Below the pieces are notes generated by a model. It searched no databases. It saw nothing but the letters and a program-made list of their open reading frames with translations, and had not been told where the DNA came from. DNA of 64,000 nucleotides from an uncultured Gammaproteobacteria bacterium (lineage in GTDB: Bacteria > Patescibacteriota > Microgenomatia > Daviesbacterales > UBA10151). Location of the stretch: assembly GCA_964392925.1 (NCBI GenBank), contig CAYMRP010000001.1:51945-115944 (forward strand). The letters are read 5' to 3'. Position 1 is the first letter of the stretch; the number at the start of each line of letters is the position of its first letter. Below are positions 1 through 10,418 of this stretch, one piece after another. The position numbers and the translations under genes are program-made.

Positions 1-1
1 T

Positions 2-496
2 TTGGTTGCCGACAATGCCATAAATTTTTGGGGAATGTACTCTGGTTTTAACCAGCTCGATGCCGGGCAAACAGACTTTCTTCTCAGCTATGAGCATTGG
101 GGTTTCTTAATCTTCGGCCTTATCTTTTTACCCATTCTTATAAAATTCTTAAAGACTAAGTTCTCCTCGGAACTTCTGTTCTATTTCTTATTCCTATCTT
201 CGATAACCTACTTTTTTATCTTTACCCGTATGCATGAAAGATATCTTTTCTTCGGAGTCGTATTTGCTCAAATTCTAATGATGACGAATAAAAAATATTG
301 GTACAATTTATTCTTCTTCTCAGTGCTTTATTTTCTTAACCTATACAGGGGGCTTTATCAACCTGGTCTTCCATACCTTCCGGATCTATTAAAAAACATC
401 ACATTCTTGAACATATTTGTTATTTGTTACTTGTTACTCATTCTTTATAACCTCTATTACTTTATGTTTAAATTAAAAGGCAATGAAAAAAACTAG
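2..496 (+). CDS. C-terminal part of a polytopic GT-C-type glycosyltransferase (GT87/ALG6-like), truncated by the window start
   Basis: Hydrophobic helices and RMHERYLF motif; frame open from the window edge. Confidence 0.65.
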   Translation: MVADNAINFWGMYSGFNQLDAGQTDFLLSYEHWGFLIFGLIFLPILIKFLKTKFSSELLFYFLFLSSITYFFIFTRMHERYLFFGVVFAQILMMTNKKYWYNLFFFSVLYFLNLYRGLYQPGLPYLPDLLKNITFLNIFVICYLLLILYNLYYFMFKLKGNEKN

Positions 497-2177
497 TTTA
501 ATTATCTTTCTTCTCATTCTTGCACTCGCCATATTCCTACGAGTCTATAAATTAGACGCTATTCCTACAGCACTTTTTGGTGATGAGATTGATGTTGGTT
601 ATCAGGCTTATTCTCTTTGGGAAACAGGCCGGGACCTGACTGGAAGGTTCATGCCTTTTTATCTTAGATCACTTTCTGAATTTAGAACTCCGCTTTATAT
701 TTATTCCGCAGTTCCTTTCGTCGGCATCTTTGGCCTGAACGAATGGGGGGTTAGGCTTCCGGCCGCTTTTTGGGGTCTAGTCTCAATAGCTGGAATATTC
801 CTGCTGGCCCGAAAACTCTTCAACACTCAAACAGCCCTTATTGCAATGTTTCTTACCTCAATTTCACCTTGGCATCTTCAATACTCCAGAGCTTCCTTTG
901 AAGTCACAATGCTGTTAAGTTTTATCATTTTTGGCGTATATTTTTTCTTACTTGGCCTGCAAAAAAACCGTTATCTTTTTCTCTCAGCAATCCTCTTAAT
1001 CTCAAGCATTTATATTTACTCCACAGCAGTAGCCTTCATCCCTCTCTTAGGTCTCTTACTTCTGATTATCCATTTTAAAGAAATCATCAAAATTAAAATC
1101 AAAAATATTCTTCTACTTATTCTAACCGTAGTCATAATTCTTATACCGGTTATTATGTCGATGTATACCGGCGAGGCAAAAGAACGATTTAGTTTAATTA
1201 GTATTTTTCAGGATTCAGTTTTAATAGATAAAATAAATCTCTCAAGAAAAGGCCAGGAGTTTTATAGTCCGGAGGGCGATGTCCAAAAAGCAAATCCTGA
1301 ATTTGAGAAAATTTTTTATAATAAACCTTTAATTTTTGCTCAGGTATTTATTACTAATTATTTTAAATCTCTTTCCCCAAGTTTCCTATTCTCAGAAGGT
1401 GATATTAATTTCCGCCACTCTATTCACGAAATGGGGGAGGAGTATTACTTTGAGGCAATCCTCTTTCTACTAGGTTTATTTGCCCTTATAAAACTTGATC
1501 CCAAAAAATCTGCTTTAGTTTTTGGCTGGCTGCTGCTGGCTCCAATTCCATCAAGTCTTACCGATGGGGGAGGATTCCACGCCACTCGGTTATTTATCAT
1601 GCTTCCTCCAATAGTGATGCTTTCAGGAGTCGGCGGCAGCTGGATTATAAATAACTTCAAATCAATTCATGTTAAATTAGTTGCCGCCTTTGTTATCGTT
1701 CTTTTTATCTTCAATTTTACGTTCTACCTTCACCGCTATTATGTTCATTATGGTCCCGAGTCTTGGCGCTGGTGGCACGTCGGCTTTAAAGAAGCCATGC
1801 TCTATATAAAATCAGAAGAAAATAATTATCAACAAGTCGGCTTCAACAATAGCTACGAGCCTTCTTTGATTAGATTCCTATTTTGGAATAAGGTAGACCC
1901 AGCACAATTCCATAAAAACTACCCTCAAACAATGGAAAAGTCAGAAATATTTAATACTTTTGAAGGATTTAAATACACTGATAAATACTTCTTCGGCACA
2001 ACCAACAAACCGATTTTTGAAAATCTGCCTCAGAATACTATTTATATGGTCTCTGCCAGAGATGAAGTTCCAGGTGATTGGGATTGGTCTAAAACTCCTC
2101 CAGCCGGCATAAAAGTTCTAAAAACTGTCTATAATCCTTTAGGCCAGCCCATTTTCTATGTTATTACCAAAGATTAA
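483..2177 (+). CDS. ArnT/PMT_2-like GT-C membrane glycosyltransferase, paralog 1
   Basis: FGDEIDVGYQAYS..TGRD loop, VRLP, SPWHLQYSR, many TM helices, soluble C-terminal domain. Confidence 0.85.
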   Translation: MKKTSLIIFLLILALAIFLRVYKLDAIPTALFGDEIDVGYQAYSLWETGRDLTGRFMPFYLRSLSEFRTPLYIYSAVPFVGIFGLNEWGVRLPAAFWGLVSIAGIFLLARKLFNTQTALIAMFLTSISPWHLQYSRASFEVTMLLSFIIFGVYFFLLGLQKNRYLFLSAILLISSIYIYSTAVAFIPLLGLLLLIIHFKEIIKIKIKNILLLILTVVIILIPVIMSMYTGEAKERFSLISIFQDSVLIDKINLSRKGQEFYSPEGDVQKANPEFEKIFYNKPLIFAQVFITNYFKSLSPSFLFSEGDINFRHSIHEMGEEYYFEAILFLLGLFALIKLDPKKSALVFGWLLLAPIPSSLTDGGGFHATRLFIMLPPIVMLSGVGGSWIINNFKSIHVKLVAAFVIVLFIFNFTFYLHRYYVHYGPESWRWWHVGFKEAMLYIKSEENNYQQVGFNNSYEPSLIRFLFWNKVDPAQFHKNYPQTMEKSEIFNTFEGFKYTDKYFFGTTNKPIFENLPQNTIYMVSARDEVPGDWDWSKTPPAGIKVLKTVYNPLGQPIFYVITKD

Positions 2178-3906
2178 ATTCACTCCTCTTCTAAAACCTC
2201 TTTTAGCTATTATTCTGGCATTAAGCCTGTTGGTCAGGGTTTGGCAAATTGATTCAACACCTCCTTCTCTCTATTGGGATGAAATGGATGTCGGTTACCA
2301 AGCTTATTCAATTTTAAAAACTGGCAAGGATTATTATGGTAATTATCCATTCTTAGTCGTTCATTCATTCGCTGATTTTAGAGCCCCTGTCCTAATCTAT
2401 ATAACTGTTCCTTTTGTCGCTATTTTCGGCTTAACGCCTTTGGCTGTCAGACTTCCCGAAGCTGTTCTCGGGACTCTTTCCGTTCTGCTAATTTATATTC
2501 TCACCCGCCAACTTTTTAAAAGCCAAAAAGCAGCACTTTCAGCAGCTCTCCTAACAGCCTTTGCTCCTTGGAGCATTCAGTATAGTCGGATCGCTTATGA
2601 AGCCATGCTTATGCTGGTTGTTTTCTTGGCCGGATTGATCTTTTTCTATAAAGGTCTTTCAAAACCAAAATATTTAATCATTTCAGCGGCACTTTTTTCT
2701 TTAGATCTCTTTGTCTACAACACTATGAAATTGTTCATTCCATTCATAGCAGCTTCTCTAATCGCGATTTATTATAAGCAGCTAACTCTTAACCGGTCAT
2801 CAATAATTGCCTCAATGATCTTAATCATCTCTTTGACTGCTGGCTTATACGGGACAATCTTTATGAACGGAGGTCAGCGTTTTAATGAGATTTCAATTTT
2901 TACTGATCCCCAAAATTCTAAGCAAGTCGATTATCTAAGGCATAATTCTCAACTTTCTTATAATGACAAACCATTAATCGGTGAAACACCTAGGTTTTTT
3001 GATAGGCTTTTTTATAATAAACCTGCACTTTTCATTGATAGGATTACTCAAAATTATCTCACTGCTTTCTCCTCTGAGTTTTTATTCGTTAAAGGCGATG
3101 CTAATCTCCGTCACTCTACGACCATAGTTGGCGAGCTCTATCGCATTGAAGCTTTAGCGATAATATTAGGTCTCGGTTTTCTACTAATTAATCTTAAAAA
3201 AAATCCCCGTGAATCTTTATTAATAATAATTTGGGTAATCATAGCCCCGCTTGCGGCCATCATCACCAGAGAAGGCTCAAACCATGCCACCAGACTCTTC
3301 ATGTTATTCCCTGCACTTACTATTGTGGGGGCATTAGGCGTTGAGTATCTTTCTCAGATACTGCCCCCAAAACTTAGATATTATGTTCTAACGCTACTTT
3401 TCGCTGTCTGGTTATTTTGCGTAGGCTCATTTTTAAATTTCTATTTTGGTGCTTATAACCTTGAAAGTGCAGAATCTTTCCAGTTTGGTTTTGACGAGGC
3501 TGTCCAAAAAGCTACAGAGAACAAAAACAGATACGATTATGTAATAATTGATGATAGGACAGATTCCGCTTTAATGAACTACTTATTCCTTACAAAACAC
3601 GATCCAGCTTTATTTCATACTCAAATCTCAACCCTAAAGTCCGATATTGCCGGATTCCCAGGCGATCAAATTGATAATGTCATTCTTATGAAGCCTTTAA
3701 TGAAGAATTGGGACAATGCTTTTAGTATCAATCAATTTGACCAAAGATACTTACTTATCGTTTCAGCAGAACAAATGAGTGAGCAAACTCCTGAAAAGCT
3801 GTATAAAAAACTCTCTCCAAATCAAACATTAATAGATACTATTTATTATAAATCCGGCCTGCCAGCATTTTATGTTATCTCCAGTCAAAAACCATCTCAA
3901 ATATGA
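2158..3906 (+). CDS. ArnT/PMT_2-like GT-C glycosyltransferase, paralog 2
   Basis: YWDEMDVGYQAYSILKTGKD, VRLP, APWSIQYSR, GDANLRHS, HATRLF. Confidence 0.85.
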   Translation: MLLPKIKFTPLLKPLLAIILALSLLVRVWQIDSTPPSLYWDEMDVGYQAYSILKTGKDYYGNYPFLVVHSFADFRAPVLIYITVPFVAIFGLTPLAVRLPEAVLGTLSVLLIYILTRQLFKSQKAALSAALLTAFAPWSIQYSRIAYEAMLMLVVFLAGLIFFYKGLSKPKYLIISAALFSLDLFVYNTMKLFIPFIAASLIAIYYKQLTLNRSSIIASMILIISLTAGLYGTIFMNGGQRFNEISIFTDPQNSKQVDYLRHNSQLSYNDKPLIGETPRFFDRLFYNKPALFIDRITQNYLTAFSSEFLFVKGDANLRHSTTIVGELYRIEALAIILGLGFLLINLKKNPRESLLIIIWVIIAPLAAIITREGSNHATRLFMLFPALTIVGALGVEYLSQILPPKLRYYVLTLLFAVWLFCVGSFLNFYFGAYNLESAESFQFGFDEAVQKATENKNRYDYVIIDDRTDSALMNYLFLTKHDPALFHTQISTLKSDIAGFPGDQIDNVILMKPLMKNWDNAFSINQFDQRYLLIVSAEQMSEQTPEKLYKKLSPNQTLIDTIYYKSGLPAFYVISSQKPSQI

Positions 3907-5558
3907 AATTCTTTAAAAACACCAGCCTGGTTCTCATTTTAATTATTGTTCTAGCCTCTTTTCTTAGACTGCCTTTATTAAATCTATATCCTGTGGGCGT
4001 AACCGGCGATGAAGCGGGTCAAGCTTATTCTGCCTATTCTATTTTAAAGACCGGAGCTGATGAATGGGGGGACTTCCTACCTATAAATCCCCGGGGCTTT
4101 GGTGACTATAAACCGCCGCTATTTATGTATCTGCTGGTCCCTTCTATCGCAGTCTTTGGTTTGACTGAATACGCCATCCGCCTTCCTTCCGCAATCGCCG
4201 GAATTCTGACAGTTTTAGTTATGTTTTACTTAGTAAAAAGATTATTTAACAATCGCACTTTGGGTTTGATTGCCAGTTTTCTTTTAGCAATTTCTCCGTG
4301 GCATGTTTATTACTCCAGACTAGGTTGGGAATCAAATATCGGTTTGTTATTTTTTATAATTGGAATTTGGTTATTTATAAAAGGTCTGGAGAAAACGAAA
4401 TTACTAAGTTTAAGTGTTTTAACCTTTGGCCTTGCCGGAATGTCCTATCATTCATTTAAACTCCTAGTTCCTCTAATCTTCATCGCTTTAATTATTATTT
4501 TTTGGAAACAGTTTAAATCCATAAATAAAAAATCTTTAATTGCCCCTCTCGCCGTCACCACAATTTTTGTTTTAGTTCTCGGTTATGGATTGGTATTTGC
4601 CGGAGCCTCAAGAAGAGCCGCAGATCAATCAATTCTAAAAGAAGAAAATCTTAGCGTCCTTCGTCAGAATCAGGTAGAAGACGGCCTCCCTCAACCCTTT
4701 AACAGAGTCGTTTTTAATAAATATCAATTCTTTATTTCTAAAGTCTCAGATAATTATTTGGGATATTATTCTCTCTCATTCCTTTTTGGTCCCCACCGAA
4801 GCGACGGCTCCATTTTAAATTTCCCCTCCATGGGACTTCTGTATATTTGGCAGCTGCCGCTTATTTTACTTGGCTTGTTTTATTTACTCAAAAACAAATC
4901 AAAAGGCAGCGCCGTAGTATTCGCTTGGACTTTACTTGCCCCAATTCCAGCCTCACTAACCCAGGATTACATGCATGCCGGACGGGCTCAAGCATTATTC
5001 CCAGCCCTAACAATAATTTCAGCCATTGGTCTATATTCCATATTCGAATTAATAAAAAATCCAAAATACCAAAACGCTTTCAAAATAATTACTGCCCTGG
5101 TAATAGTCCTCTCAGTTCTTTGGAGAGTAGATAACTACCTCTTTCATACATTTAATAAGAATTTAGGCGGGCTTCAGCCAGGTTATAAAGAAGTGATCAA
5201 TTTTACTGAAAACAACAAAAATTCTTACGATAAAATAATTTTCACCAAACACGGCTCTGAGCCTCATGCTTTTGTCAGTTTTTATGCCTCGACCGATCCA
5301 AAAGAGGTGCAATATGAATCACAAGACTGGAAAAGATTTGAAACTGAAGGTCTAAGATTCCTAGATATGATAGATTATAAATTAGGGAAGTATCACTTCA
5401 AAAATGTTGATTTCAACAGAGATAGAAACGAAATAAATGCTTTACTGGTCGCCCCACCAAAAGATATTCCTTCGGATATAATCCCTAAATTTGAAGCTAA
5501 AGATTCAAATGGAAAAGTTATGTTTGTAGTGATTGATACCAATGAAATTCCTAAGTAA
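3903..5558 (+). CDS. ArnT/PMT_2-like GT-C glycosyltransferase, paralog 3
   Basis: GDEAGQAYSAYSILKTGADEWG, FGDYKPP, IRLPS, SPWHVYYSR; ATGA overlap with the upstream gene. Confidence 0.85.
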   Translation: MKFFKNTSLVLILIIVLASFLRLPLLNLYPVGVTGDEAGQAYSAYSILKTGADEWGDFLPINPRGFGDYKPPLFMYLLVPSIAVFGLTEYAIRLPSAIAGILTVLVMFYLVKRLFNNRTLGLIASFLLAISPWHVYYSRLGWESNIGLLFFIIGIWLFIKGLEKTKLLSLSVLTFGLAGMSYHSFKLLVPLIFIALIIIFWKQFKSINKKSLIAPLAVTTIFVLVLGYGLVFAGASRRAADQSILKEENLSVLRQNQVEDGLPQPFNRVVFNKYQFFISKVSDNYLGYYSLSFLFGPHRSDGSILNFPSMGLLYIWQLPLILLGLFYLLKNKSKGSAVVFAWTLLAPIPASLTQDYMHAGRAQALFPALTIISAIGLYSIFELIKNPKYQNAFKIITALVIVLSVLWRVDNYLFHTFNKNLGGLQPGYKEVINFTENNKNSYDKIIFTKHGSEPHAFVSFYASTDPKEVQYESQDWKRFETEGLRFLDMIDYKLGKYHFKNVDFNRDRNEINALLVAPPKDIPSDIIPKFEAKDSNGKVMFVVIDTNEIPK

Positions 5559-7158
5559 TCATCTAATAATATTCATTTTTGTATTGGCCCTTTTTCTGAG
5601 ATTTGCAAATTTCTTTCAGGACACTCCGCCATCTATAAATTGGGATGAAGCATCCCTCGGCTACAATGCTTTTTCAATATTAGAAACTGGTAAAGATGAA
5701 TGGGGTAGAGTATTACCTTTAACATTTGAAGCTTTTGGTGACTATAAACTGCCAGGATATATTTACACTCTCGTGCCTTTTATTTCAATCTTTGGCCTAA
5801 ATGAAAATTCTGTAAGGTTTCCTTCAATAATTTTTGGATCGTTATCTGTGATATTTTTATATTTAGTAGTTCTGGAACTATCAAAAAAAAGAAACTGGGC
5901 TATTCTCTCCGCCATACTTTTAGCAATTTCTCCCTGGCACTTTTTTCTTTCCCGGATTGCTCTTGAAGCGAACTTAGCCTTAAGTTTTTTCTTGATAGGT
6001 TTATATTTTCTAGTCAAAGGACTTCAGAAAAATCTATATTTAATTCCATCATCACTAATGTTCGGTCTTTCAATTTTTACCTATAATTCCGCTCGAATCT
6101 TTGTCCCACTCTTCCTTTTCGGATTTTTAGTTCTTTATTGGAGGCAAATAAAATTAACAAAAACCTCAATCCTCTCAGCACTTATTCTGACGATATTTTT
6201 GTCAGTCGGTTTTTACCTTGCAGTCTTCCAGGATTCTAGCGCCCGTTATTATTGGGTTAGAATTCTAGATGAAGGTGCGATTAGTTTTCTTGATCAGGCT
6301 CGTAATACCTCGGCGTACCCAGATTTAATAACCAAATTAATTTATAATCGCCCCACCTATTTTGTATACAATTTTGTTTTAAATTATTTTAAACATTTAT
6401 CAGCGCAGTTCTTACTATTCTCGGGCGGCTCAAACTATCAATTCTCATTGCCAAATTGGGGACTTACGTACTTTATAGAAATACCATTCTTAATCTTTGG
6501 ACTCTTTAAACTTGTCAAACAAAAAATTGGTTGGGTTTTCATTCTATGGTTTTTAGCGGCCCCAATCCCTTCAGCTTTAACCAGAGAAGCGCCTCATGCA
6601 TTGCGTTCAATATTTATGCTGGGCAGTCTTCAAATAATAACCGCCTTTGGCATGATTCAGTTCTTCAAACTTCTGGAACATAAAAAATTATTCTCTAAAA
6701 TTTCTTATTCCATTATCGGTTTGTTCATTCTAATTAATGCCGGTCTCTATTTTAATAATTACTTTATGGAATACCCCAAACAATACTCTCAGGCTTGGCA
6801 ATATGGCTATAAACAAGCCATAGATGAAGTTAGGGCAGAATACGATATGTATCCCAAGATCTATTTCACAAAGTATTATGGTGAACCGCACATTTTTTAT
6901 CTTTTTTTCTCCAAGTATGATCCCTCTTTGTATCAAGCGAATGAAACCCTACTAAGAGACAGCCACACTAATTGGCGTTGGGTCGATAGATTAGATAAAA
7001 TATACTTTATAAATGATTGGGAAATGGTTGAGAAAATGAAATCAGAAAGTAATGCTCTGGTTATAGCTTCTCCAGGAAATGTCCCGGAGAACAGTCGGAA
7101 ATTAAAAACCATTTATTTTCTGGATGGGAGTATAGCATTTGAAATCGTCGAAATTTAA
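5542..7158 (+). CDS. ArnT/PMT_2-like GT-C glycosyltransferase, paralog 4
   Basis: WDEASLGYNAFSILETGKDEWG, FGDYKLP, SPWHFFLSR; ATG 5542 preferred over the track's TTG 5533. Confidence 0.85.
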   Translation: MKFLSNHLIIFIFVLALFLRFANFFQDTPPSINWDEASLGYNAFSILETGKDEWGRVLPLTFEAFGDYKLPGYIYTLVPFISIFGLNENSVRFPSIIFGSLSVIFLYLVVLELSKKRNWAILSAILLAISPWHFFLSRIALEANLALSFFLIGLYFLVKGLQKNLYLIPSSLMFGLSIFTYNSARIFVPLFLFGFLVLYWRQIKLTKTSILSALILTIFLSVGFYLAVFQDSSARYYWVRILDEGAISFLDQARNTSAYPDLITKLIYNRPTYFVYNFVLNYFKHLSAQFLLFSGGSNYQFSLPNWGLTYFIEIPFLIFGLFKLVKQKIGWVFILWFLAAPIPSALTREAPHALRSIFMLGSLQIITAFGMIQFFKLLEHKKLFSKISYSIIGLFILINAGLYFNNYFMEYPKQYSQAWQYGYKQAIDEVRAEYDMYPKIYFTKYYGEPHIFYLFFSKYDPSLYQANETLLRDSHTNWRWVDRLDKIYFINDWEMVEKMKSESNALVIASPGNVPENSRKLKTIYFLDGSIAFEIVEI

Positions 7159-8797
7159 AATAATAGTCTTATCTTTAATTATCCTTTTAGGGCTCTTTCT
7201 TAGAGTTTATAAACTAGATACTATTCCGCCTGGACTCACTTGGGATGAAGCAGCCCTAGGCTATAATGCTTACTCAATTACTCAGACTCTTCGAGACGAG
7301 TACGGAAACTTTCTCCCCCTAACTTTGAAGTCTTTTGGTGACTACAAACCAGCTCTTTATGCCTATTTAACAATCCCATTTATCATGATTCTTGGCCTAA
7401 ATGAAATAGCAGTCAGGTTGCCGTCAGTTCTAGCTGGTATAGGTTTAATAATCATTATATTCTTATTAGTTAGGCGAATATTTGGAAATGACTGGCTCGC
7501 TATATCAGCCGCTTTCTTTACAGCAATTTCTCCTCTTTCAATTCAATTTTCAAGAGCGGGTTGGGAGTCAAACGTTGCCGTTTTTCTTAACGTAACCGGT
7601 CTTTATTTATTTCTTAAAGCCCTCCAAAAACCAAAATATTTTATTTTCTCAGCAATTCTGTTTTCGCTTTCCCTGGTTTGTTATCAGGCCTCTAAGATCT
7701 TTGTCCCCATTATTTTATTTGGATTATTCATTCTTTACAGAAAACAAATTTCTTTCACCAAACCATTTATCAGTGGCTTACTTATTATCATCTTTAGTTT
7801 AATTTCTGTTTTTACCTCAACTTTTATTCTTGGCCAATCCAATCGCTTAGCCGCCCAAAATTATTTTGCTTATGCCCGGCCCGAAGAACGAATTCAAACT
7901 ATAAGTAATGAAGATAGTAAAAGTATTAATAGTCCAGAGTTTCAAATTCTCCACGGCGAATGGTGGAGTTTTCTCACCGGAACTTTTGAAAGATATTTAA
8001 CTTATTTTTCACCTGATGTCCTTTTTATTAAAGGCGATTACTCTCCGCGCCATAATGTTCCGGATCTTGGAATATTCAGTTTATACGGTTTAATACTTAT
8101 TCCTTTTGGCTTCTATTTACTCTGGCGGAAAAAAGAATCAGACAGGAAAATAATATTCTTTTGGTTGTTTACAGCTTCAATTCCAGCTGTACTCTCGAGA
8201 GACTTAATAAGCATGGTCAGAGCATTAAATCTAATTTTCCCAATCATCATCCTTGAGGCATTTGGTCTCTATTTCCTTGTAAATAAACTCTCTCAAGTTC
8301 TCCGGATTTATAGATTAATCCCTCTATCAGCGTTTCTAATAGTTATATTCTTAAATCTCGCTTTGTTTTTAGATTTCTATTTCGTCCATATGCCGAAAGA
8401 GAGCTCCTCAGATTGGATGTCCGGCTATAAGCAAACAATAAAAGATTTGCCTGAAATATCTAAATATAATCAAGTAGTTTTCTCTGACAAATACGGCCAG
8501 CCCTACATCTATTATCTTTTTTATACAAAGTATCCTCCTGAAAAGTTTCAAACTCAGGCTGTTTTAGAACAAAAAACAGTTGATGTAGGTACGGTCCGTA
8601 AAATTGATAATATAGAATTCAGACCAATTAACTGGCCCGTCGATAGAGGTTTAGAGAACACTCTTTTGATTGGTACCGGTTTCGAGATCCCTGAAGAGGA
8701 TGTTGTAACAGAAAAAAAATCTAAGAAATTATCAGAAACAAATTTTTTTGATGGAGAAGTAGCCTTTAAAGTTATTGAAAACAGTTATGATCAGTAA
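7139..8797 (+). CDS. ArnT/PMT_2-like GT-C glycosyltransferase, paralog 5
   Basis: WDEAALGYNAYSI..TLRDEYG, FGDYKPA, VRLPS, FSRAGWE, GDYSPRH; TTG start. Confidence 0.85.
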   Translation: MKSSKFKIIVLSLIILLGLFLRVYKLDTIPPGLTWDEAALGYNAYSITQTLRDEYGNFLPLTLKSFGDYKPALYAYLTIPFIMILGLNEIAVRLPSVLAGIGLIIIIFLLVRRIFGNDWLAISAAFFTAISPLSIQFSRAGWESNVAVFLNVTGLYLFLKALQKPKYFIFSAILFSLSLVCYQASKIFVPIILFGLFILYRKQISFTKPFISGLLIIIFSLISVFTSTFILGQSNRLAAQNYFAYARPEERIQTISNEDSKSINSPEFQILHGEWWSFLTGTFERYLTYFSPDVLFIKGDYSPRHNVPDLGIFSLYGLILIPFGFYLLWRKKESDRKIIFFWLFTASIPAVLSRDLISMVRALNLIFPIIILEAFGLYFLVNKLSQVLRIYRLIPLSAFLIVIFLNLALFLDFYFVHMPKESSSDWMSGYKQTIKDLPEISKYNQVVFSDKYGQPYIYYLFYTKYPPEKFQTQAVLEQKTVDVGTVRKIDNIEFRPINWPVDRGLENTLLIGTGFEIPEEDVVTEKKSKKLSETNFFDGEVAFKVIENSYDQ

Positions 8798-10415
8798 AAC
8801 TAAAATATTTCTAATACTAATTGTTACTTTGGGATTCTTCCTAAGAGTTATTGCAGTAGATAAATTTCCTGCTGGCTTTAATGCTGATGAAGCAGCCATC
8901 GGTTATAACGCTTATTCAATTATCAAAACTGGCAGGGATGAATATGGGGAAATTCTTCCGCTAAGTTTTAAATCATTCGGGGATTACAAGCCAGGTCTCT
9001 ATTTTTATTTCGTTTTGCCTTTCGTTGCTGCTTTGGGTTTAAATGAATTTGCCGTTAGAATTCCCTCAGTCTTACTCGGCACCGGAATGATTATCCTTGT
9101 TTATTTAATTGCAAAACAAATATTCAAAAGTCCAGCATCGGGTGTTGCCGCCGCCCTTCTTCTGGCCATTAATCCTTGGGCAATTCATTTCTCAAGAGGT
9201 GGTTGGGAAGCAAACGCTGCTACCTTCTTTATCACTCTAGGAGTCTATTTATTCATCAAAGGCTTAGAAAAATTTAAATACATTTTCTTCAGTTTATTGT
9301 CGTTTCTAGTTTCAATATATTTATATCAATCTCCAAGATTAGTAGTTCCTCTTTTAATTCTTGGATTCATAATTATTTTCTGGAAAGAGCTTTTCGCTCT
9401 CATAAAAAAGCACTACAAAAGAACTCTTATTTCGTTAGTAATTCTTTTTTTCCTCAGTCTGCCTGTGGCATTTCAATTTCTATCCGGCGGCGGTAGTGAA
9501 AGGTTTCAGGGACTTTCTTTTTTATCTGATGGTGGACCATCACTGAGAGTAAATGAATTGCGAGGGGAACACGCTGATCCAAATAGCTTAATTGCAAAAT
9601 CAGAACATAATAAAATAACTGCTTACGGCTTAAGCTTTTTAGGCCACTACTTAGACCATTTTTCCTCTGATTTTCTTTTTGTCAATGGTGATCCCTTAAT
9701 TCGCAATAAAACTCCAGAAACTGGCCAATTCTTCGTCATACAATCTCTCTTTTTGATAATCGGTCTTTTCCTTTTAATAAAACTTGAAACAAAACTTAAG
9801 TTCTTATTAATAATCTGGATTCTGGTTTCTCCGCTCGCCTCATCGTTAACCTATCAAACCCCAAATGCTATCAGAGCACTCAGCATGGTAGTTCCGCTGA
9901 CTTTGATTATGGGGTACGGATTTGTGGGTCTATTTAAAGTACTAAACAAAAAACCTTTTCAAATTCTGGCGGGTGTAATAGTTGTGCTATTCCTGAGTTT
10001 TGAATTTACGCACTACGTCGAGAGTTATTATATCCACGCTCCTAAAAGATATCCGCTTTCCTGGGAATATGGCTTCTCTGAAATGGTCGAAAAACTCAAT
10101 GTATATGAAAATAATTTTAATAAAGTTGTCATCACTGATAGATATGATCAGCCTTACATCCTGCTGCTATTCTACAAACGTTATGACCCCCAAAAATATC
10201 AGCCCCAGGCAGTTTTAAGTTCCCGGGATAAATTCAATTATGGAACAATCAGAAATTTTGATAAATACGAATTTAAAAAAGTCACTTCTGAAGAAATTAA
10301 GCAGAACAAAGATACCTTATATATTGTCACACCAGAGGAGGCAGGTGATAACATTGTGATTGATCGGATAAACTTTCCCAACGGAGAACCGGCATTTCTA
10401 TTTGTAAGATCATAA
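8787..10415 (+). CDS. ArnT/PMT_2-like GT-C glycosyltransferase, paralog 6
   Basis: ADEAAIGYNAYSIIKTGRDEYG, FGDYKPG, NPWAIHFSRGGWE; ATG 8787 preferred over the track's TTG 8775. Confidence 0.85.
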   Translation: MISKTKIFLILIVTLGFFLRVIAVDKFPAGFNADEAAIGYNAYSIIKTGRDEYGEILPLSFKSFGDYKPGLYFYFVLPFVAALGLNEFAVRIPSVLLGTGMIILVYLIAKQIFKSPASGVAAALLLAINPWAIHFSRGGWEANAATFFITLGVYLFIKGLEKFKYIFFSLLSFLVSIYLYQSPRLVVPLLILGFIIIFWKELFALIKKHYKRTLISLVILFFLSLPVAFQFLSGGGSERFQGLSFLSDGGPSLRVNELRGEHADPNSLIAKSEHNKITAYGLSFLGHYLDHFSSDFLFVNGDPLIRNKTPETGQFFVIQSLFLIIGLFLLIKLETKLKFLLIIWILVSPLASSLTYQTPNAIRALSMVVPLTLIMGYGFVGLFKVLNKKPFQILAGVIVVLFLSFEFTHYVESYYIHAPKRYPLSWEYGFSEMVEKLNVYENNFNKVVITDRYDQPYILLLFYKRYDPQKYQPQAVLSSRDKFNYGTIRNFDKYEFKKVTSEEIKQNKDTLYIVTPEEAGDNIVIDRINFPNGEPAFLFVRS

Positions 10416-10418
10416 ACT

